DNA of 64,000 nucleotides from Nitrospirota bacterium (lineage in GTDB: Bacteria; Nitrospirota; UBA9217): NCBI GenBank assembly GCA_021814615.1, contig JAKAHZ010000004.1, positions 6,246 to 70,245 of the forward strand, given 5' to 3'. The notes beneath the pieces were generated by a model. It had not been told where the DNA came from. It ran no database searches and saw only the letters and a list, made by a program, of their open reading frames with translations. The position numbers and the translations under genes were made by a program. Each line of letters begins with the position of its first letter. The first letter of the stretch is position 1. Of this stretch, positions 57,415 to 64,000 are shown piece by piece.

Positions 57415-58059
57415 TCAGAGCCTCATATCTCGGTCGCTGATCGGCTGGAAAGGACGGGCGCAATGGCCCGTGAATTCATTGAACTCCTGCACAAAGGCAA
57501 GGAATGCATCGCTATCGATGCACCCGTCCTTGATGAAAGGATGGCGACGGTTTGACCGGACGTGGTCCAAGTCCCGGCGCAAAGCATCGGAAAGAGCAAG
57601 CTCCTGAAATTCCCGTTCAGCCGCCGGAGACAGACCCGCCAGGTCCGTGTCCTTGCGCTTCGGATTGTTCTTGATGGCCTGGATCTTCAGACCGATGATA
57701 TCTTCAGGTAGCAATACGCGTATTTTGGCCGTTCCTCCGTAAATGTCCCGTTCCACCGCCCTCGACAGCATGGCCATGCTCACTTCGCGGAATGCGTGAA
57801 TCATATCGACTTCTCCGAAGGCGGCGATGGGTGACCGGTACTGGGAGACGTTCTCCGTTCTGTACTCGAGGCGGTAGCCCAGCTCTTCCATGATTGTGTC
57901 GATCCTGGCCAGATCCTGCCGCGCCACGAGAAAATCAATATCGATAGTGGCCCTGCCGACGCCCCAGAGGCCCAGAGCGAAACCGCCCATCAGTCCGTAG
58001 GCGACAGACTGATCTTGAAACCGGCTGATCAGGTTCGAAATGACCGTTCGGAAGTCCAT
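57415..58059 (-). CDS. Nucleotidyltransferase (Pol-beta superfamily, AbiEii/MNT-like), possibly fused to a small partner protein
   Basis: YGLMGGFAL...RATIDIDFLV, EDIIGLK; the sequence character changes after RKDTDL. Confidence 0.7.
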   Translation of the reverse strand: MDFRTVISNLISRFQDQSVAYGLMGGFALGLWGVGRATIDIDFLVARQDLARIDTIMEELGYRLEYRTENVSQYRSPIAAFGEVDMIHAFREVSMAMLSRAVERDIYGGTAKIRVLLPEDIIGLKIQAIKNNPKRKDTDLAGLSPAAEREFQELALSDALRRDLDHVRSNRRHPFIKDGCIDSDAFLAFVQEFNEFTGHCARPFQPISDRDMRL

Positions 58060-58114
58060 AGATTCGCTCGACCTTCAAACCTTACTATAAACAGCGTGAA
58101 ATGGCAAGAGACGT

Positions 58115-59314
58115 TCACCGCATTGCATATTGTGCGAGTCCCACGAGGAAGACGAGCAGCACGGGAAGGTAGAGCAGCCGGTAGGTGCCGGCAAGGTCGG
58201 CTTTGAAGTAGCGGGCTGTGAGCAGGAGACAGAGGTGCGTGGGCGAGAGCATGATCCCGGCAAAGCCGCTGGCGAAGGCGAAGGTGACCGTGGACGGATC
58301 GGGATGGCCGCCGGTCATGGCGACCACGAGCGGGAAGGTGGATCCCACGAAGGCCACGGTCACGCCGGTCAACAGCCCCACGATGAAAGGCAGGGCGAAG
58401 AACACGGCGGCAGGCGGCATGCCGCTTTCGCGGAAGAAACGGGGCAGGGAATCGATGGCGCCCGATGCGTCGAGCATGCCCTTGTAGGCCATGACGCCCA
58501 GCACCATGACGATGATGTTCAGCGAGATGCTTTCCTTGAGCGCCGTGCCCATCTCCTTCCAGGAATACCGGTAGACCGCGAAGAGCGCGATAACGATCAC
58601 CGTCATCGCCGGGGACAGGCCGAGTCCGGCAAAGGCCACGAGCACCACGGCTCCCGCGATAGGCAGGAGGGCGAGTGCCAGGTCGAGGACGTCCTTTCTG
58701 CTCCTTGTTCCTTCCACGCGATGCCCCTCCACGCCTCGGAAACAGAGGAACGCCCCGACCAGGACGAGCGCAAGGGGCAGGGGCGACTGCGACAGCATGA
58801 ACCGGTTCACGGGAATGTGCGTGATCGCGGCGGCAAGGATCACGCCGGGGTAGAGGGGCGAGAAATATTCCCAGGGATGGCGGAACCAGTAGTTGATCAA
58901 GGCTCGCCGCTCGGGCGAGACGGTGCTCGTTCCGGCGGCCTCCTGGACCAGGGGCGCGGAGAAGGCTGCGCCGCCGGCCGAAGGCAGGAGGCCGATGATC
59001 CCGGGAAGGACCGCCATGGAGACCCGTCGGTCACGTGCGATTGCGGACAGGGACTCCGTCATCTGCCTGAGCAGGCCCCGTTTCCGGATGATGTTCTCGA
59101 CCACCATGATCAACACCAGTCCGCCGACGAGGTTCAGGGTCACGGGATCGACGCTTGATCCGGCGAACACGGCCAGCTGATCCATCGGGCCGATGCTGTA
59201 GAGCGCTCCCAGGAAGACGGATGCCGCGAGCATGACCCAGCCGAGGTTCCAGCGGAACCGGAGCAGGCTTACGATGAGGATGAAGGACAGGACGATCTTG
59301 ACGAGGTCGATCAC
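58115..59314 (-). CDS. DUF401-family membrane protein
   Basis: LPGIIGLLPSAGGAAFSAP, NYWFRHPWEY, MLSPTHLCL; GTG start overlaps the tonB stop. Confidence 0.85.
   Translation of the reverse strand: MIDLVKIVLSFILIVSLLRFRWNLGWVMLAASVFLGALYSIGPMDQLAVFAGSSVDPVTLNLVGGLVLIMVVENIIRKRGLLRQMTESLSAIARDRRVSMAVLPGIIGLLPSAGGAAFSAPLVQEAAGTSTVSPERRALINYWFRHPWEYFSPLYPGVILAAAITHIPVNRFMLSQSPLPLALVLVGAFLCFRGVEGHRVEGTRSRKDVLDLALALLPIAGAVVLVAFAGLGLSPAMTVIVIALFAVYRYSWKEMGTALKESISLNIIVMVLGVMAYKGMLDASGAIDSLPRFFRESGMPPAAVFFALPFIVGLLTGVTVAFVGSTFPLVVAMTGGHPDPSTVTFAFASGFAGIMLSPTHLCLLLTARYFKADLAGTYRLLYLPVLLVFLVGLAQYAMR
58128..58159. repeat. 32-bp direct repeat, copy 2 (within the DUF401 3' end)
   Basis: tattgtgcgagtcccacgaggaagacgagcag. 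Confidence 0.9.
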
Positions 59315-60141
59315 CGGACGTAGGCCTCGCTCAGGTAGAAGAGAACGGCGGCGCGGATGGAATACCTTTCCATTTTCCAATCGTCGGGAAGGGGCTGGAA
59401 GGGAGCTGCATTCCTGATGGCGCGCAGGGCTTCGTCGTCCAGGATCTTGTAGCCCGACGATTTGAGCAGCTCCAGGTCGCCGAGGGACCCGTCTTTCATG
59501 ATGTCGAATTTTATGTACAGCGTCCCCTGGAGGCCCGACATGGCGGCTAGTTCGGGGTATTTGAGCACGCTCTCGACCTTGATCTTGAGCCACCGGTTGT
59601 AGGACATGAACTTGAACTCGTTCGTGTCCAGGGTCACCGAATTCTCGCCGGGCTTGCTGTCGGGCATGCCCTTTTTCGCCAACTCGTCGATGTCCGTCTG
59701 GGAAAGGAAGGGAAGCGGCCCTCCTTTCTCGTAAGGCGTTACGCCTTCCGTTCCTTTCCTGCCTTTGCCGGTCTCGGATTTGCCCTGTTCGCTTCCTTCC
59801 GGCCTGCCGAGCGCCGGCTTGGTCTTCGGCACCGACACGTCGGGCGCATCGCCGAACTGCTTGGGCGCCGGAATGTTCCGGGGCGGAAGGATCTGCTCCG
59901 GTTGGACCGGCTGCGGAGGCACCGGCGGCAGGGGGACCGCCTTCGGCACGGGCTGCACCTTGGGAGGCTGGAGGGGGGGGAGCTTGCGGATCACGTCCTT
60001 CGGCAGATCGACGATGTCCACCGGCAAGATCTCGAGCGGCTTCGTCATGCGCCCGGCCAGGAAGAGGATCGATGCGAAGAAGAGGAGGTGCAGGCCGACC
60101 GAGGCGGCGATGAATCGGCTGAAGTGTGGGGAGCGGAACAT
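59311..60141 (-). CDS. TonB-family energy transducer
   Basis: N-terminal TM with the SVGLH motif, Pro-rich linker, C-terminal YPELA...SSGYKILDDEALRAI. Confidence 0.85.
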   Translation of the reverse strand: MFRSPHFSRFIAASVGLHLLFFASILFLAGRMTKPLEILPVDIVDLPKDVIRKLPPLQPPKVQPVPKAVPLPPVPPQPVQPEQILPPRNIPAPKQFGDAPDVSVPKTKPALGRPEGSEQGKSETGKGRKGTEGVTPYEKGGPLPFLSQTDIDELAKKGMPDSKPGENSVTLDTNEFKFMSYNRWLKIKVESVLKYPELAAMSGLQGTLYIKFDIMKDGSLGDLELLKSSGYKILDDEALRAIRNAAPFQPLPDDWKMERYSIRAAVLFYLSEAYVR

Positions 60142-60301
60142 GGGTTCTGGGGGAACGGGGATAGGCCCGATCAATCATCGTACAATATCAACAACTACAC
60201 CAAACTATACCGCGAAGTCGCGAAGGACGCTAAGGGGAGTCCGGTTTTTTCCGAATTTTCCCCATCCGCGTCCAGGAGAAGGGTTTGTTTCTTCGCCGTA
60301 T

Positions 60302-61345
60302 CTAAAGCTTCTTCTGCATTTGGTCTGATACTTCCCGCGTGAGCCGAAGGATCGCTTCGGCCTTTTCGGGAGTCAGGCTGCCCATGCCGCACGACGGCGT
60401 GATCAGGGCCTGACGCAGGATCGTCGCCCGGCTGACGCCTGCTGCTTCCAGCTTCCGCATGCTCCCTTCGAGCAGGGTGATGAGGCTTTCGGCGGTCTCG
60501 TTTCCGGTGAAGGCGCCGGTGGGAACGATGCCCCAGGCAAGGCTGCCGCCCCGCTCCAGGAATGCCTTGATCGCCGCGGGATAGAGCAGCACGCGTTCGG
60601 CGTATCCGAAGGCGTCGAAATTGACGATATCGACGTTCGTCCCGAAGATCATCGGCCAGTCAGCGTTGCCGCAGCAGTGAATGCCCGCGATGCCGCCCAG
60701 CTCGTGGATGAGCCCGATGATCTCGTTCAGTTTTTCCGCCACCATCTCCGGCGATGCGGCGGAAAACGCCGATCCCAGCGATTCCATGGCGGGTTCGTCG
60801 ATGAAGATGATCACCGGCAGGCCGAAGGGCTTGAAGGTCTCGATCTGCCAGGCGGCCTTCATGGCAAGGCCCTTGACCACGGCGTCGAAGACCACGTCGT
60901 TATGGATGATGTCCTTGCCCGTCTCGTCCTTGAAGGAGATGCCCGCGGTCAGGGGGCCGGTGATGTGGCCTTTCAGGAACCGCGCGCCCTTCGGCAGCCC
61001 TTTTTTGATTGTCCGCAAAAAGCCGTAGAACCCCGCGGCATAGGTTTCGGTGATCCGGAAATAGCCGTAGTCCTTCTGGATGTAGCGCTCGAAGAACTTC
61101 TCGAGCGCCGGCGTGAGATCTCCCGAAGTGTCGAAAGAGAACCGCTGCTTTGTTTCGTCGATCACGAGGCCGGGCAGGGACTCGCTGTACTGGCCGTCCA
61201 TGTGCTCCCGGAAGCCGAGCTTCGGGAGCTGCGGCCAGATGGGCGCTTCGGGCAGATAGCGGATCGAGAGCGCTGCGGCCTGGTCAGGATCTGCGACAGG
61301 CAGGCTTCCGATGCCGGTGGCAAGACAGTTGAACTCGGTGGTCAT
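60302..61345 (-). CDS. Cobalamin-independent methionine synthase-like (single catalytic barrel) protein
   Basis: TGIGSLP, KGHITGP, IDEP, GIHCCG, LITPSCGMG. Confidence 0.75.
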   Translation of the reverse strand: MTTEFNCLATGIGSLPVADPDQAAALSIRYLPEAPIWPQLPKLGFREHMDGQYSESLPGLVIDETKQRFSFDTSGDLTPALEKFFERYIQKDYGYFRITETYAAGFYGFLRTIKKGLPKGARFLKGHITGPLTAGISFKDETGKDIIHNDVVFDAVVKGLAMKAAWQIETFKPFGLPVIIFIDEPAMESLGSAFSAASPEMVAEKLNEIIGLIHELGGIAGIHCCGNADWPMIFGTNVDIVNFDAFGYAERVLLYPAAIKAFLERGGSLAWGIVPTGAFTGNETAESLITLLEGSMRKLEAAGVSRATILRQALITPSCGMGSLTPEKAEAILRLTREVSDQMQKKL

Positions 61346-61506
61346 TACGGCGTCCTTTCTCGCTCTGTTTTTTATTATATAAGCCGCTCCGGTAAAATAC
61401 AACTTAATCTTGACGGATTCATGCTGAAGCGCGAGCCAGACCGTTTTCCCCGATGGAGGAAGCAAAAAAACTTTACACCACGTGCCGGACCCGGTAATAT
61501 CCTGCC

Positions 61507-61872
61507 ATGAAAGTTAAATATGGAACCAAGGCCGTGAAGCAGGCGAAACTGGAGACCTGGGACAATCCGTCGCCGGACCGGGACTATGTGATCGAGATCA
61601 GCTATCCCGAGTTCACCTGTCTCTGCCCGCGTTCGGGGTACCCGGACTTCGCCGAGATCGCCATCTCCTACGTGCCGGACAAGAAGATCGTGGAGCTCAA
61701 GGCGCTGAAACTCTGGCTGAACGGGTTCCGCGACCGCTCCATCTCCCATGAGGCCGTGACGAACCTGATCTTCGACGAGCTGAACCGGACCCTGCAGCCC
61801 CGCGAGCTCGAGGTAACCGGCGACTTCAACGTCCGCGGCAATGTGAAGACCGTCATCCGTGTCGCGCTCTGA
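61507..61872 (+). CDS. queF: preQ1 synthase (7-cyano-7-deazaguanine reductase, type I)
   Basis: [34 protein letters not shown]. Confidence 0.95.
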   Translation: MKVKYGTKAVKQAKLETWDNPSPDRDYVIEISYPEFTCLCPRSGYPDFAEIAISYVPDKKIVELKALKLWLNGFRDRSISHEAVTNLIFDELNRTLQPRELEVTGDFNVRGNVKTVIRVAL

Positions 61873-62007
61873 CGCGCATCCACAGGAACGAATTACCCGA
61901 TCATCCGGAGTGGCACGGGAACTTCGGCCGGAGCTTTCGGGTCGGCGGATGAGGTATAATGGCATTGCACGGGAGAGATCAACGCGAGTTGTTGTGAAGG
62001 AGCGGGT

Positions 62008-62391
62008 ATGTTCGGATTGGGAGTCCCTGAGCTGATCGTCATTTTCGTTATTGCCCTGATCGTTTTTGGGCCGAAGAAGCTGCCGGAACTGGGCAAGGCC
62101 CTGGGCAAGGGCATCGCCGAGTTCAAGCGCGCTTCGCAGGAGATGAAGGATACGATCGAGACCGAGGTGCGGAACGCTGAACACTCCATCGATTTGAAGA
62201 AATTGAAGGACGACGTGGAGGGCATCCAGACGGATATCAAGAAGGAACTGGCCGAGGCTGTAAAGCCCGCGCCTGCTGCGGCGGAACAGCCAGCCCCGGA
62301 AGGAACCCAACCGGCACAGACCGCGTCCTCCGGTGAAGCGAGCGCTGAAACCAACAAGGAGAAATCCGTCGATCCCTATGGCAAATCCTGA
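62008..62391 (+). CDS. tatA: Twin-arginine translocase TatA/TatB-family subunit
   Basis: [34 protein letters not shown]. Confidence 0.85.
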   Translation: MFGLGVPELIVIFVIALIVFGPKKLPELGKALGKGIAEFKRASQEMKDTIETEVRNAEHSIDLKKLKDDVEGIQTDIKKELAEAVKPAPAAAEQPAPEGTQPAQTASSGEASAETNKEKSVDPYGKS

Positions 62392-63184
62392 AGAAGGCAA
62401 GATGTCGTTCTGGTCCCATCTTGAAGAACTCCGGAAACGACTGGTCAACATGGCCATTGCCATCGGTATCGGCTTTATCCTCTGCTTTTCCTATTCCGAA
62501 GAAATTCTCGGGCTGTTGCTGCTGCCGATGAATGCCACGGTGAATTACGGGCTGACATTCCCCTTTATCACCTTCACGCCCAACAAGACCGTCCAGACAC
62601 TTCACTTTACCACGCTGACCGAACCCTTCATGGCCCATCTCAAGATCGGCTTGGTCGCCGGCATCATCCTCGTTGTCCCGTTCCTTCTCCGCCAGGTCTG
62701 GCTCTTCATCGCGCCGGGGCTTCTGCCGCGGGAGCGGCGGTATGCCGGACAGTTCGTCTTTTTCTCCACGCTCTTCTTCGCGGCCGGCGTGGCGTTCTGC
62801 TTCCTCCTTCTGCTGCCCAGCGCGGTGCCGTTCCTTATCTCCTACAAGACCGAACACCTGACGCCCATCATCAAGATCGGCGATTATATCAGCTTCACGC
62901 TCACCTTCATGCTCGCCACGGGCGCCGTGTTCGAGCTGCCGCTCCTCATGATCCTGCTCGGACGCATGGGCATCATCCAGACGGAAAGCCTGACCAAGTT
63001 CCGCAAGTATGCCTTCCTGATCGCGTTCATCATCGGCGGCATCGTGACGCCCACGCCCGATCCCTTCAACATGACCATCATGTCCATCCCCATCTATCTG
63101 CTGTACGAGCTGGGCATCCTCGGCGTCCGCATCCTCGGCAGGCCGAAGCAGGGCTCTGACGAAACATCGTCGACAGAGACATAG
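62378..63184 (+). CDS. tatC: Twin-arginine translocase TatC
   Basis: [30 protein letters not shown]. Confidence 0.96.
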   Translation: MANPEEGKMSFWSHLEELRKRLVNMAIAIGIGFILCFSYSEEILGLLLLPMNATVNYGLTFPFITFTPNKTVQTLHFTTLTEPFMAHLKIGLVAGIILVVPFLLRQVWLFIAPGLLPRERRYAGQFVFFSTLFFAAGVAFCFLLLLPSAVPFLISYKTEHLTPIIKIGDYISFTLTFMLATGAVFELPLLMILLGRMGIIQTESLTKFRKYAFLIAFIIGGIVTPTPDPFNMTIMSIPIYLLYELGILGVRILGRPKQGSDETSSTET

Positions 63185-63450
63185 GTAATAAACACTGACG
63201 CATATGAACCGCGAAGCCGCCCCCGAGTTAATCATTCGAGGGCAGGCTGCGGACGCGAAGAATTCCAATTACGAAATAGCTTCAACGCTGATTGACGCTG
63301 AGAGAATATGAAGAGTCCTGATACTGCTTTATCAGCGTAATTCATTGGTTTTCTCATAGCTTTTTCAGCGTTTCATTGGTGTTCGTCTTCCCCTCGCGCG
63401 CTAGGCGTCTCGGCGATTGACGCTTGGTATGGTTTCTTGAAAAGGTTCCC

Positions 63451-63942
63451 ATGAAAACCGTTTCCTTCATCGCGGCGAAGTCGGGCAGCGGCAAGACCAC
63501 CTTGATCGAGAAGATCGTGCCGCTCTTGAAGGCCCGGGGCCTCCGGGTGGCGGTGATCAAGCACGCGTCGAAGGGATTCGACCTGGACCGGCAGGGAAAG
63601 GACTCCTGGCGGTTCCGTGAAGCGGGCGCAGATACGGTCCTGCTCGTGGGGCCCGGGGGGCTCGCGCTGCAGCAGCGGCTGGACAGCCGGCCGGCCCTTG
63701 CCGATCTGGAGCGCATGGCGGGGAACGCGGACGTCATCATCACGGAAGGATTCAAAGCCGAAGCGAAGAACCGGATCGAGGTCTTCCGCGAGGGAGTGTC
63801 CGGCGAAAGGCCGCTCGCGAGCAGCGACGCGTCGATACTCGCCATCGCCAGCGATCGGAGGTTCGATCTCGGCATTCCGTGGCTCGACCTGAACGATGCA
63901 GCGGGAGTCGCCGCATTTATCGCGAGCAAATTGCAATTGTAA
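63451..63942 (+). CDS. mobB: Molybdopterin-guanine dinucleotide biosynthesis protein B
   Basis: SGSGKTT, VIKH, GKDSWRFREAGA, EGFK, LDLND. Confidence 0.9.
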   Translation: MKTVSFIAAKSGSGKTTLIEKIVPLLKARGLRVAVIKHASKGFDLDRQGKDSWRFREAGADTVLLVGPGGLALQQRLDSRPALADLERMAGNADVIITEGFKAEAKNRIEVFREGVSGERPLASSDASILAIASDRRFDLGIPWLDLNDAAGVAAFIASKLQL

Positions 63943-64000
63943 CATGATGTGAAACGACGATTGAATGCGGGAAATCGCGTTTTTCGTTGACTTGATCTGC

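Noticed and set aside
58115..60178. 687-aa ORF as one protein
   Set aside because: The upstream part is an alternate frame over tonB; DUF401 starts at GTG 59314.
63270..63400. AT-rich patch between tatC and mobB as a gene remnant
   Set aside because: No convincing reading frame or motif could be recognised.

Overview
This is a GC-rich chromosomal window from an anaerobic diderm bacterium. Gene content and order (dprA-smg-topA-xerC-hslVU-argB, tandem DUF507, rpsF-ssb-rpsR-DUF2232) suggest Nitrospirota or Desulfobacterota; this is inference. A conserved minus-strand backbone is interrupted by accessory modules. (1) A porin-cytochrome extracellular electron-transfer cluster: two paralogous 9-heme cytochromes, a beta-barrel with a 57-bp Pro/Ala repeat tail, a 5-heme cytochrome and a CX4CH/CXXCH cytochrome. 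(2) An ArsS/TIGR04282/TIGR04283 cluster whose radical SAM enzyme appears to be a selenoprotein. (3) A 9-heme/23-heme cytochrome pair differing by seven 45-aa diheme repeats. (4) A TetR-EmrAB efflux island with a decayed TolC. (5) An exosortase next to a secreted protein with an unfamiliar C-terminal sorting signal. (6) Three ~1000-aa paralogous lipoproteins, each with its own promoter and terminator, sharing a conserved N-terminus but carrying different beta-propeller tips. Two accessory inserts are bracketed by duplicated 3' ends of core genes, with no integrase nearby. I found no rRNA, tRNA, CRISPR array or transposase. Family names come from motif recognition by eye, not database searches.
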